The notes under the pieces were generated by a model. That model saw only the letters and a list, made by a program, of their open reading frames with translations. It did no database searches and was not told the origin of the DNA. Shown here piece after piece: positions 43,904 through 53,852 of a stretch of DNA of 64,000 nucleotides. Both the position numbers and the translations under genes were made by a program. Within the stretch, counting starts at the first letter, position 1; each line of letters starts with the position of its first letter. This DNA is from Nitrosopumilus sp. (GTDB lineage: Archaea > Thermoproteota > Nitrososphaeria > Nitrososphaerales > Nitrosopumilaceae): the NCBI GenBank assembly GCA_965249555.1, contig OZ252243.1, positions 1,344,001 through 1,408,000 of the forward strand, in the 5' to 3' direction.

Positions 43904-44740
43904 TTAGTATCTTGGAATAATACTAAGTCTTGACTTTGCAGATATTGCAATTATTGAGATAATTGCTACTGCTAGAATCATGGCTGCAATTGTGCCAAAT
44001 TCTGGGACTACATATGTGCCGATTATTTCGATCTCTTCAGCTCCTGCTAGGAATGCTATGGTGAGTATTCTTTCTGTTGATGTGGTTGTTTCATCAAAGT
44101 CTCTTTCCTCTGCATCAATCAAGACAAAGAAGTCATCATCTTCACCATCGTTTGTTGCATCTAACACAGATCTAGGAATTGTGAGGGTCAGTGAGCCGTC
44201 TTCTGTGGCTTCAATAGAAATGATCAGTGAATTTGAATCCACATTAGGTGTGATATTTAGCAGTTTTCCACCAGTAATCACATATCCTATCAAATCACTA
44301 GAACCTTCAACTGATACAGTTGTATCAGTTACTGTAGATCCATCGTCATCACTTGGAGGTTCTACTGTAGAGCCACCAAATTCAAACGTTGTTGTTGCTG
44401 AATTAGCACTGTTGTCTCCATATTGAACTGTAACTATGTATGCTCCATCAGCTTTCATCAATGCACCTCCTGCAGCTACACTGGTGCTGAATTTTTTATC
44501 TTCACCAACTGTGAGCTGATCAATGGAAACAAGGTTCCCATTTGGTGCTATCACTATGAGAGATAGGGGGTATCCTCCTAGAAGTTGAACGACTTCTCCT
44601 GTAATTAGGATTGTTTCACCTTCTGAATAGGATGCTTTGTCTGTAGTTACTACAACTGAGCTTTGTCCAAATGCTGGTGCCATACCAATACTTACAATCA
44701 AAATTGCAGATAAGGCAAACACCGATAGATGAGCTTTCAT
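43904..44740 (-). CDS. PEFG-CTERM sorting domain surface protein
   Basis: Start at MKAHLSVF (signal peptide), TDKASYSEGETI, and PEFG tail. Confidence 0.92.
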   Translation of the reverse strand: MKAHLSVFALSAILIVSIGMAPAFGQSSVVVTTDKASYSEGETILITGEVVQLLGGYPLSLIVIAPNGNLVSIDQLTVGEDKKFSTSVAAGGALMKADGAYIVTVQYGDNSANSATTTFEFGGSTVEPPSDDDGSTVTDTTVSVEGSSDLIGYVITGGKLLNITPNVDSNSLIISIEATEDGSLTLTIPRSVLDATNDGEDDDFFVLIDAEERDFDETTTSTERILTIAFLAGAEEIEIIGTYVVPEFGTIAAMILAVAIISIIAISAKSRLSIIPRY

Positions 44741-44919
44741 CAATTTTACGCCTAAATTTAGACTATTTAAGGTTGTGAAAAAATTTATTGACAAAAAAAG
44801 AAAAAACACTCTTTGTGACGAATTTCAGATTAGATATATATTAACCTGAACGTGAATTTTTGACAGTTTGTGTGTATTCTTTATTGTTTCATTTAATGTT
44901 CTATTTGGAGGTGTCGTAG

Positions 44920-45171
44920 ATGGCAACTAAGAAAAATCAAGTTCTAGTGCCTGATCATATCTACGTACCAAAACATGAAATTATTCCCAAATCAGAAGGC
45001 GAAGAAATTTTAAAAAAATACAATTGCAACCCAACTGAATTACCATTAATCTTTGTAACTGATCCTGCAATTTTAGGACTTGGTGTAAAACCAGGTGATA
45101 TAATTAAGATTACCAGAAAAAGTACAACCTCTGGTGTGAGTCTCTATTACAGATATGTGGTGGAAGTATAG
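44920..45171 (+). CDS. rpo5: RNA polymerase subunit Rpo5 (H)
   Basis: HIYVPKHEI, LPLIFVTDP, KPGDIIKITRKS and YYRYV. GGAGGTG SD site upstream. Confidence 0.96.
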   Translation: MATKKNQVLVPDHIYVPKHEIIPKSEGEEILKKYNCNPTELPLIFVTDPAILGLGVKPGDIIKITRKSTTSGVSLYYRYVVEV

Positions 45172-48100
45172 ATGGTACATTCTTCTAACAAACGTTGGCC
45201 GGTAATTCAAGATATCTTAAAACGTGAAGGTATTGCGCGTCAGCATCTTAACTCATTTGATGAATTTTTAGAACGAGGTCTTCAAAGTATTATCAACGAA
45301 GTTAGTCAAATAGACATTGAAAATGCTGAATATCCTTACAAGATTCAACTAGGTAAAGTCAAACTACAACAACCACGAATGATGGAACTTGACGGCTCTA
45401 TTACTCATATCACACCGGCTGAAGCAAGACTGCGAAATGTTTCATACTCTGCACCTGTAATGATGGAAGCCAGTGTTGTAGAAGATGGAAAAATTTTAGA
45501 ATCTAGATTTGTTCATATCGGCGATGTTCCAGTTATGGCAAAATCAAATGCATGCATCTTACATAATTTCTCTAATCAAAAATTAATTGAACACGGAGAA
45601 GATCCAAATGATCCTGGTGGTTACTTTATCATCAATGGTTCTGAGCGAGTCATTGTAGGATTAGAAGATCTTTCTTACAACAAAATTATTGTTGATAGAG
45701 AAACTGTAGGTGGAAATATTGTTTTCAAAGCTAAAGTTTATTCTTCAATTGTAGGTTATCGTGCAAAACTAGAACTTGTAATGAAAAACGATGGACTAAT
45801 TGTTGCTAGAATTCCTGGGTCTCCAGTTGATATTCCAGTTGTCATATTGATGAGAGCACTTGGATTAGAATCTGATAGAGAAATTGCTGGAGTAGTTTCA
45901 TTAGTAGATGATCTTCAAGATGAATTGGAAGGTTCATTTGAAAAAGCAGCTGACGTTGCAACATCAAAAGATGCAATTGTCTACATCAGTAAAAGAATTG
46001 CACCTGGAATGTTAGAAGAATTTCAGATAAAACGCGCAGAGACTTTACTGGATTGGGGATTGTTACCACACTTGGGCAAACATCCTGAAAATAGAAAAGA
46101 AAAAGCTCAATTCCTAGGTGAGGCAGCTTGTAAACTATTAGAATTAAAACTTGGATGGATTTTACCTGATGACAAAGATCACTATGGAAACAAAGTCATA
46201 AAATTTGCAGGACAAATGTTGGCAGATCTGTTTAGAACTGCATTTAGAAATCTTGTCAGAGACATGAAATATCAATTAGAAAGATCCGGCCAAAAACGCG
46301 GAATTAATGCAGTGGCTGCAGCAATTCGACCAGGAATTATTACTGATAAACTAAACAACGCTATTGCAACTGGAAACTGGGGACGTGGACGTGTTGGTGT
46401 TACTCAATTACTTGATAGAACCAATTATCTCTCAACAATTAGCCATCTTAGACGAATTCAATCTCCTCTTAGCAGAACTCAGCCAAATTTTCAGGCAAGA
46501 GACTTGCATGCAACCCACTTTGGAAGAATTTGCCCAAGTGAAACTCCAGAAGGCTCGAATTGTGGTTTGGTAAAAAACTTGGCACTATCTGGAATTATTT
46601 CAATTAATGTCCCTTCTGAAGAAATTGTGGAAAAACTTTATGATCTTGGAACAGTCCATTTCTTTGATGCAAAAGAGGATTTGAAAAAAGATGGAACTAG
46701 AATATTTGTTGATGGTCGTTTAATTGGATATTATAAAGATGGTGGGCAACTAGCTGAATCACTTAGGGACCTTAGACGAAACTCAAAGATTCATCCTCAT
46801 GTTGGAGTTTCATTTCACAAGTCTGACATTGAGGGTTCAACAAGAAGACTTTATGTAAATTGTAATGCTGGACGTGTCTTACGACCATTAATTATTATCA
46901 AAGATAACAAATCACTGCTAACACAAGAACTATTGGATAAAATTTCAAAGAAATTGCTTTCTTGGAATGATCTTTTGAGAATGGGTGTCTTGGAAATGAT
47001 TGATGCAAATGAAGAAGAAAATTGTTATGTTACTTTAGATGACAAAGACACAAAAAAGCATACTCACCTTGAAGTATTCCCACCAGCAATTCTAGGTGCA
47101 GGTGCTTCAATTATTCCATATCCTGAACACAACCAGTCTCCAAGAAATACATACGAATCTGCAATGGCAAAACAAAGCTTGGGATTTTCTACACCAATGA
47201 TGAATACTAGTACCTATGTTAGACAACACTTTATGCTATATCCACAAGTCCCAATTGTTAACACTAAAGCAATGAAACTTTTAGGATTAGAAGATAGACC
47301 AGCAGGTCAAAATTGTATTGTTGCAGTTCTACCCTTTGATGGTTATAACATTGAAGATGCCATTGTACTTAGTAAAGCATCAGTTGATAGAGGATTAGGA
47401 AGAAGTTTCTTCTTTAGAATTTATGATGCTGAAGCAAAACAATATCCGGGTGGAATGCGTGATAACTTTGAGATTCCTAATGCTGAAGATAACATACGAG
47501 GTTACAAAGGCGAGCGCGCATACCGATTACTAGAAGAAGATGGAGTTGTTGCATCTGAATCTCCAATTAAAGGAGGAGATATTTTAATTGGTAAAACTAG
47601 TCCTCCACGATTTATGGAAGAATACCGAGAGTTTGAATCAACTGGTCCCTACAGACGAGATACATCTATTGGTGTAAGACCATCTGAAACTGGAGTTGTA
47701 GATACTGTTGTTATGACTCAATCAAACGAAGGTGGGAAAATGTACAAAATTAGAGCAAGAGATATGAGAGTTCCAGAGATTGGTGACAAGTTTGCATCAA
47801 GACATGGACAAAAGGGTATACTTGGAATTTTAGCTAAAGCAGAAGATTTACCATACACTGCAACAGGAATGTCTCCTGATGTTTTGATTAATCCTCATGC
47901 ATTCCCATCAAGAATGACAGTTGGAATGATGATGGAATCAATTTGTGGAAAAGCTGCAGCATTTCGTGGAAAACGATTTGATGGTTCTGCATTTGTAGGA
48001 GAAAAAATGGATGAAGTTAAAGAAGTAATGGATGCACATAATTTCAAATATTCTGGTAAGGAAATAATGTATGACGGAAGAACTGGAAAATCATTTCCAG

Positions 48101-48519
48101 TTGACGTCTTTATTGGAGTTGTATATTATCAAAAACTTCATCACATGGTTGCAGATAAAATACATGCCAGAGCACGTGGACAAGTTCAGATGTTAACTAA
48201 ACAACCAACAGAAGGAAGAGCAAGAGGTGGTGGATTGAGATTTGGTGAAATGGAACGAGACTGTTTGATTGCTTATGGTGCTTCAATGATCTTAAAAGAT
48301 AGATTGCTTGATGAATCTGATAAATCTGATATCTTTGTTTGTGAACGATGTGGTTTGGTAGCATATCATGATGTTAAACAAAGAAAATATGTCTGCAGAG
48401 TTTGTGGAGATAAAGCCAAAGTATCATCTGTATCAGTAGCATATGCATTCAAACTACTCTTACAAGAGATGCAGAGTCTTAACATTGCACCACGATTATT
48501 AATCAAGGAGAAGGTCTAA
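45172..48519 (+). CDS. rpo2: RNA polymerase subunit Rpo2 (B), unsplit
   Basis: Motifs GGYFIINGSERV, GDKFASRHGQKG and GGLRFGEMERD. Confidence 0.99.
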   Translation: MVHSSNKRWPVIQDILKREGIARQHLNSFDEFLERGLQSIINEVSQIDIENAEYPYKIQLGKVKLQQPRMMELDGSITHITPAEARLRNVSYSAPVMMEASVVEDGKILESRFVHIGDVPVMAKSNACILHNFSNQKLIEHGEDPNDPGGYFIINGSERVIVGLEDLSYNKIIVDRETVGGNIVFKAKVYSSIVGYRAKLELVMKNDGLIVARIPGSPVDIPVVILMRALGLESDREIAGVVSLVDDLQDELEGSFEKAADVATSKDAIVYISKRIAPGMLEEFQIKRAETLLDWGLLPHLGKHPENRKEKAQFLGEAACKLLELKLGWILPDDKDHYGNKVIKFAGQMLADLFRTAFRNLVRDMKYQLERSGQKRGINAVAAAIRPGIITDKLNNAIATGNWGRGRVGVTQLLDRTNYLSTISHLRRIQSPLSRTQPNFQARDLHATHFGRICPSETPEGSNCGLVKNLALSGIISINVPSEEIVEKLYDLGTVHFFDAKEDLKKDGTRIFVDGRLIGYYKDGGQLAESLRDLRRNSKIHPHVGVSFHKSDIEGSTRRLYVNCNAGRVLRPLIIIKDNKSLLTQELLDKISKKLLSWNDLLRMGVLEMIDANEEENCYVTLDDKDTKKHTHLEVFPPAILGAGASIIPYPEHNQSPRNTYESAMAKQSLGFSTPMMNTSTYVRQHFMLYPQVPIVNTKAMKLLGLEDRPAGQNCIVAVLPFDGYNIEDAIVLSKASVDRGLGRSFFFRIYDAEAKQYPGGMRDNFEIPNAEDNIRGYKGERAYRLLEEDGVVASESPIKGGDILIGKTSPPRFMEEYREFESTGPYRRDTSIGVRPSETGVVDTVVMTQSNEGGKMYKIRARDMRVPEIGDKFASRHGQKGILGILAKAEDLPYTATGMSPDVLINPHAFPSRMTVGMMMESICGKAAAFRGKRFDGSAFVGEKMDEVKEVMDAHNFKYSGKEIMYDGRTGKSFPVDVFIGVVYYQKLHHMVADKIHARARGQVQMLTKQPTEGRARGGGLRFGEMERDCLIAYGASMILKDRLLDESDKSDIFVCERCGLVAYHDVKQRKYVCRVCGDKAKVSSVSVAYAFKLLLQEMQSLNIAPRLLIKEKV

Positions 48520-51500
48520 TGTCTGTTCAAGCAATAAAAGCAATTGATGGAATTAAATTCTCAGTATGGTCTCCAACTGAAATTAGAAAATATTCTGTTG
48601 CTGAAATTACTGCTCCTGAAACATATGATGAAGATGGAATGGCAGTTCAAGGAGGTCTTATGGATGGCAGACTTGGTACTCTTGAGCCTGGACAAAAATG
48701 TCTAACATGTGGAAACACTGCAGCAAGGTGTCCTGGACACTTTGGACATCTTGAACTTGCAGAACCTGTCTTACATATTGCATTCATTGATAATATCTAC
48801 AAACTGTTACAATCAACATGTCGTTCTTGTGCAAGACTCAAAGTTCCTCAAGAAGATTTAGACATATTCCAAAAAATTAAAACCAAACATGCTGCTTATA
48901 CTGTAATTTCTCAAAAACGTATTCCAGAACAAATCATAGAGAAAGCAAAAAAAGCAAAAGAATGTCCTCATTGTGGAAAAACGCAATACGAGTTAATCTT
49001 TACAAAGCCAACTATCTTTGTAGAGAAAACAGAAATTGGTGAACATAGATTACTTCCAATTACCATTAGAGAAAGATTTTCACAAATAATTGATGAAGAT
49101 TTAACATTATTATCATATGATCCTGTCACTGCTAGACCTGAATGGTTTATTCTTCAAGCATTTCCTGTTCCACCCGTAACTGTTAGACCATCAATCATTC
49201 TTGAAACAGGAATAAGATCCGAAGACGATTTAACCCACAAAATGGTTGATATCATCAGAGTTAATCAAAGACTAAAAGAAAGTAAAGATGCCGGAACCCC
49301 ACCACTAATTGTTCAAGACTTGGTTGACTTGTTACAGTATCACACTACAACATATTTTGATAACGAAGTTTCTGGAATTCCACAAGCTCATCATCGCTCT
49401 GGACGTCCTCTCAAAACACTAACTCAAAGACTAAAAGGAAAAGAAGGAAGATTTAGAGGCTCATTATCTGGAAAGAGAGTTGACTTTTCAAGCCGAACTG
49501 TTATCTCTCCAGATCCTAATTTGGATTTGTCTGAAGTTGGAGTTCCTACTGCCGTTGCCATGAAACTAACTATTCCTGAAATTGTTACAGAATGGAACAT
49601 TGAGAGAATGAGAAAACTTGTGATTAATGGACCTGAAACTTTCCCAGGGGTAAACTATATCGTTAGACCTGATGGTGTAAAGATTAGGTTAGATTTTGTA
49701 GAAGACCGTTCTATAATTGCTGAAACACTTGAGAATGGATATTTAATTGAAAGACATCTTGACGATGGTGATATTGTGATGTTTAACAGACAACCATCAC
49801 TCCATCAAATGTCTATTATGGCTCACTATGTTAAAGTACTTCCAGGTAAAACTTTCAGATTACATCCTTCTGTATGTCCTCCATACAATGCAGACTTTGA
49901 TGGTGATGAGATGAACCTTCATGTTCCTCAAAGTGAAGAAGCAAGAGCAGAAGCAATTCTTTTGATGAGGGTTCAGGATCAATTAATCTCTCCAAGATAT
50001 GGTGGTCCAATTATTGGTGCACTAAGAGACTTTGTTACTGGTGCATATCTTCTCACTAAAGATGATACAACATTGTCTACCCAAGAATTTTCAAACCTTG
50101 CAATGCTTGGTAACTATACTGGTCAACTTCCTAAACCTGCTACTAAAACAAAAGATGGACTCGCATATACTGGAAAACAACTATTTTCATTATTCCTTCC
50201 CAAAGACTTCAACTATGTTCTCACATCAAAATGGTCAAAGGGAACAGGAGGAAAACCAAAAGATGTTGTAATTAAAAATGGTGAATTAATCAGTGGTGTA
50301 ATTGATAAAACATCCATTGGTGCAGAAGAACCAGAAAGTGTGTTACATAGAATTGTAAAAGACTATGGAAATGAAGTTGGAAAAAATTTCCTTAACTCTA
50401 TTCTGATTATGGTTAAACAATTCATCACACATTATGGTTTTAGCTATGGTTTTGGTGATCTTGAAGTTCCAGAAAAAAATAGACAACAAATTCTAGATGA
50501 TATTAAATCAACTTATGATATAGTTTCTGACTTGACTCGTCAATATGAAAAAGGAACTCTAAAACTCACAAGAGGTATGAGACCTGAAGAGGCCTTAGAG
50601 GCATACATTGTAAATGAACTAGGTAAAGCAAGAGACAAAGCAGGATCTACTGCAAATGATTCTCTTGATGATAGCAATGCTGGAAAAATTATGGCTACCA
50701 CTGGTGCAAGAGGTTCATCCCTAAATGTGGGTCAGATGGCAGGTGCCTTGGGTCAACAATCAAGAAGGGGAGATAGAATGAATGATGGTTACCATAATCG
50801 AGCATTGACACATTATGTAGAAAATGACCCCAATCCTGATGCACATGGATTTGTGAAATCCAATTATAGGGAAGGTCTCTCTACATTAGAATTCTTTTTC
50901 CATGCAATGGGTGGTCGTGAAGGACTTGTAGACACTGCAGTTAGAACACAACAAAGTGGTTACATGCAACGTAGACTAATTAACGCATTAGAACACATTA
51001 GACTAGAATATGATGGGACAGTACGAGATCCACACGGTCACATTGTTCAATTCCTTTATGGTGAAGATGGAATCGATGTAGCAAAAAGTGATCATGGTGA
51101 AGCATTTAACGTTGAGAGACTAGCTGAATCTCAAACCCTTATTGATTCTGGAAAGAAAGCCACAAAAGATGAAATTGATACTCTTACTAAGAAATATACA
51201 AAGACGTTTAATCCAAGATTAACTTCACTCGTAATTGACACCTTACAGAAATCTGGCATGAGTAAAGACGGTGTAGAAACTGTATGTAAGAAAGGACTTT
51301 TACTTTACAATAAAGCGCAAGTAGAACCTGGACAAGCAGTAGGAATTGTCACTGCTCAATCAATTGGTGAACCTGGTACTCAGATGACTTTGAGAACTTT
51401 CCACTTTGCAGGAATTAAAGAAAGAAATGTCACATTGGGTCTTCCAAGACTAATTGAATTAGTTGATGCAAGAAAGAAACCTGTCACTCCAACTATGGAT

Positions 51501-52310
51501 ATTTACCTTGATGCTGAATCAAAGAAATCCCGAGAAAAAGCAATCGAGGTTGCAAGAAATGTATTACAAACTAAAGTAAGTGCATTAATTGCTGATACTG
51601 AAACTGATTATGCTACAGAAATTAAACTAATTTTGAGCGAAAATAGACTCAGAGAGAGAGGATGCTCTATTGCGGAGGTAGAAACAGCACTTTCATCAAA
51701 TAAAAAATTCAAGATGGAAACAACTGGTGAATTAATCACTCTAAAACTAGTTGATGAATGTGATGCTCCAACTGCAATTGCAATTAGAAACAAAGTTCTC
51801 AATACTACAGTTAAAGGAGTTCCAGACATTGAACGTGTCACATTAGTTCAAAAAGATGATGAATGGATTATACAAACAACTGGTTCTAACATTGCCAAAA
51901 TACTTGAAGTCAAAGGTATTGACAAACAAAATGTTAGAACAAATAATGTCTTTGAAATTGCAGGAACTTTGGGTATTGAAGCTGCAAGAAATGCATTGAT
52001 TAACGAACTAAACCACACTCTGGGCGACCAAGGATTAGAAGTTGATAATAGGTACATCATGCTGGTATCTGACTTGATGTGCTCAAGAGGTTACATGCAA
52101 CAAATAGGTAGACATGGAATTGCTGGTACCAAAGATAGTGTTCTTGCAAGAGCCGCATTTGAAATTACAGTACCAACTATTGCAAAAGCTGCACTTGGCG
52201 GAGAAATTGAACAACTAAAAGGTATCACTGAAAACGTAATTGTTGGAAGTAACATTCCAATTGGAAGTGGCACTGTTGATTTATACATGCAAGTAAGCAA
52301 GAAAAAATGA
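48519..52310 (+). CDS. rpo1: RNA polymerase subunit Rpo1 (A'+A'' in one polypeptide)
   Basis: NADFDGDEMN active site and the A''-type AQSIGEPGTQMTLRTFH occur in the same 1263-aa ORF. Confidence 0.99.
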   Translation: MSVQAIKAIDGIKFSVWSPTEIRKYSVAEITAPETYDEDGMAVQGGLMDGRLGTLEPGQKCLTCGNTAARCPGHFGHLELAEPVLHIAFIDNIYKLLQSTCRSCARLKVPQEDLDIFQKIKTKHAAYTVISQKRIPEQIIEKAKKAKECPHCGKTQYELIFTKPTIFVEKTEIGEHRLLPITIRERFSQIIDEDLTLLSYDPVTARPEWFILQAFPVPPVTVRPSIILETGIRSEDDLTHKMVDIIRVNQRLKESKDAGTPPLIVQDLVDLLQYHTTTYFDNEVSGIPQAHHRSGRPLKTLTQRLKGKEGRFRGSLSGKRVDFSSRTVISPDPNLDLSEVGVPTAVAMKLTIPEIVTEWNIERMRKLVINGPETFPGVNYIVRPDGVKIRLDFVEDRSIIAETLENGYLIERHLDDGDIVMFNRQPSLHQMSIMAHYVKVLPGKTFRLHPSVCPPYNADFDGDEMNLHVPQSEEARAEAILLMRVQDQLISPRYGGPIIGALRDFVTGAYLLTKDDTTLSTQEFSNLAMLGNYTGQLPKPATKTKDGLAYTGKQLFSLFLPKDFNYVLTSKWSKGTGGKPKDVVIKNGELISGVIDKTSIGAEEPESVLHRIVKDYGNEVGKNFLNSILIMVKQFITHYGFSYGFGDLEVPEKNRQQILDDIKSTYDIVSDLTRQYEKGTLKLTRGMRPEEALEAYIVNELGKARDKAGSTANDSLDDSNAGKIMATTGARGSSLNVGQMAGALGQQSRRGDRMNDGYHNRALTHYVENDPNPDAHGFVKSNYREGLSTLEFFFHAMGGREGLVDTAVRTQQSGYMQRRLINALEHIRLEYDGTVRDPHGHIVQFLYGEDGIDVAKSDHGEAFNVERLAESQTLIDSGKKATKDEIDTLTKKYTKTFNPRLTSLVIDTLQKSGMSKDGVETVCKKGLLLYNKAQVEPGQAVGIVTAQSIGEPGTQMTLRTFHFAGIKERNVTLGLPRLIELVDARKKPVTPTMDIYLDAESKKSREKAIEVARNVLQTKVSALIADTETDYATEIKLILSENRLRERGCSIAEVETALSSNKKFKMETTGELITLKLVDECDAPTAIAIRNKVLNTTVKGVPDIERVTLVQKDDEWIIQTTGSNIAKILEVKGIDKQNVRTNNVFEIAGTLGIEAARNALINELNHTLGDQGLEVDNRYIMLVSDLMCSRGYMQQIGRHGIAGTKDSVLARAAFEITVPTIAKAALGGEIEQLKGITENVIVGSNIPIGSGTVDLYMQVSKKK

Positions 52311-52342
52311 GGAACAAAAATTAAATTATCTAGTGGTTAGTT

Positions 52343-52573
52343 ATGGTTTTTGAAATATCAACATTGATGAATAATAGTAAAGACAAAATTGTTTTGCTTA
52401 GAATGAAAAACAATACCACTATTCAAGGCATACTAAAAGAATTTGATATTCACATGAATTTGACCTTGGATGATGCAGAATACGTATCTGATGAGAAATC
52501 TGACAAACTTGGAACTATTTTGATACGTGGTGATAACATTTTGGCAGTCTCTATTCCTAAAGAAGATTCCTAG
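52343..52573 (+). CDS. Sm/Lsm domain RNA-binding protein
   Basis: Sm1 GILKEFDIHMNLTLDDA and Sm2 ILIRGDNI. Confidence 0.93.
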   Translation: MVFEISTLMNNSKDKIVLLRMKNNTTIQGILKEFDIHMNLTLDDAEYVSDEKSDKLGTILIRGDNILAVSIPKEDS

Positions 52574-52619
52574 AAATTTATCCATTAAACATTAAATTCA
52601 ATCTTTGATAAATTTTATC

Positions 52620-53801
52620 ATGTATTTGCCTTTTCTATTTTTTTCGTTAATTCTTTTTCCTGCGTTTGGGGAATCAATACCTGACTATAATGAACCATAC
52701 TCTCCAATTTTTACTGACAAGGCAACATACTCGTGGACAGACAAAATAAAAATTACAATAATAGTCCCAAGTTGGAATACTGACAAATATCTAATTGATT
52801 CAATTGGAGGTACTGAAGATCATCCAATTAAAATCTCAACAAGAGGCCATTCCCTAGAACCTTATCGATTTACTGAAACAGACGTTAATTCAGGAATTTT
52901 CACCGCTGAGGTTATTCTTACAGGTTTCTCACATGATGCTGACGGTGATGGAGATATTGATACAACACCTAGAACCACTGGTACTGGACCTACTAGTGGA
53001 TTTTTAGAAGTTGACAGAGATTCAGCCATTACAATCTCATTTGAATTTGCAGATGGTGTAGTATTGATAGAGTCGGTTCCTGTTAGTTGGAATATTGGGA
53101 CAATTCAATTTTCTAACGAGAGTTTTTTTTCAGATGATTCTGTAATGATACGTGTCGTTGATTTTGATATGAATCTAAACCCTGAAGCACTTGATCAAAT
53201 CTCAATTCAAATTTTTTCAGATTCTGACATTGCAGGAATTGAAGTTAATGCAGTGGAGACATCTGAAAGTTCTGGCTCATTTGTTGCCACCATTTCTTTG
53301 TCTCAAACTTTGTCTTCTAGTGGAAATAGGCTTCATTCAATACCTGGAGATGAAATATTTGCCAAGTATGATGACTATACATTACCAAAACCATATTCTA
53401 CATCCGATAATTTAGAAATTGAAACTTTTGCAAAAATTGATTCGTCTATTTCACCACTTAATCGACTTGAAAATTCTCAAATTCTTTTGTCTGATAGTCT
53501 TGGTAATCAATTACAATCATTTTCATCAAATAAACAACTGCAAATAATTGGAACTATAACAAATGATCATAATTTTAAACAGAACTTTGTTTATCTCTTT
53601 CAAGTAAAAAATACTATGGATTCTATAGAATCAATTTCATGGATTCAGGGTGAACTATCTCCCAAACAAAGTCTAGATGTTTCCAAATCTTGGATACCTA
53701 AAAAATCTGGAACATATCACATTGAAACTTTTGTTTGGAATTCTCTTGATGAACTAATTCCATTGGCTCCTGTAATGTCAACTTCGATAATAGTTGAATG
53801 A
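52620..53801 (+). CDS. secreted/S-layer-like protein
   Basis: Signal peptide (PAFG|E), ETDVNSGIFTA / ETSESSGSFVA repeats, and C-terminal WIPKKSGTYHIETFVW. Confidence 0.75.
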   Translation: MYLPFLFFSLILFPAFGESIPDYNEPYSPIFTDKATYSWTDKIKITIIVPSWNTDKYLIDSIGGTEDHPIKISTRGHSLEPYRFTETDVNSGIFTAEVILTGFSHDADGDGDIDTTPRTTGTGPTSGFLEVDRDSAITISFEFADGVVLIESVPVSWNIGTIQFSNESFFSDDSVMIRVVDFDMNLNPEALDQISIQIFSDSDIAGIEVNAVETSESSGSFVATISLSQTLSSSGNRLHSIPGDEIFAKYDDYTLPKPYSTSDNLEIETFAKIDSSISPLNRLENSQILLSDSLGNQLQSFSSNKQLQIIGTITNDHNFKQNFVYLFQVKNTMDSIESISWIQGELSPKQSLDVSKSWIPKKSGTYHIETFVWNSLDELIPLAPVMSTSIIVE

Positions 53802-53852
53802 AAAGTATGATTTATGCGTGATTATTAAATAGAAAATTATGTTTTTAGTCGT

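Noticed and set aside
48519-52310. Fused RNA polymerase A'/A'' as a novelty
   Set aside because: An unsplit Rpo1 is the known state in Thaumarchaeota. It was used only as a taxonomic marker.
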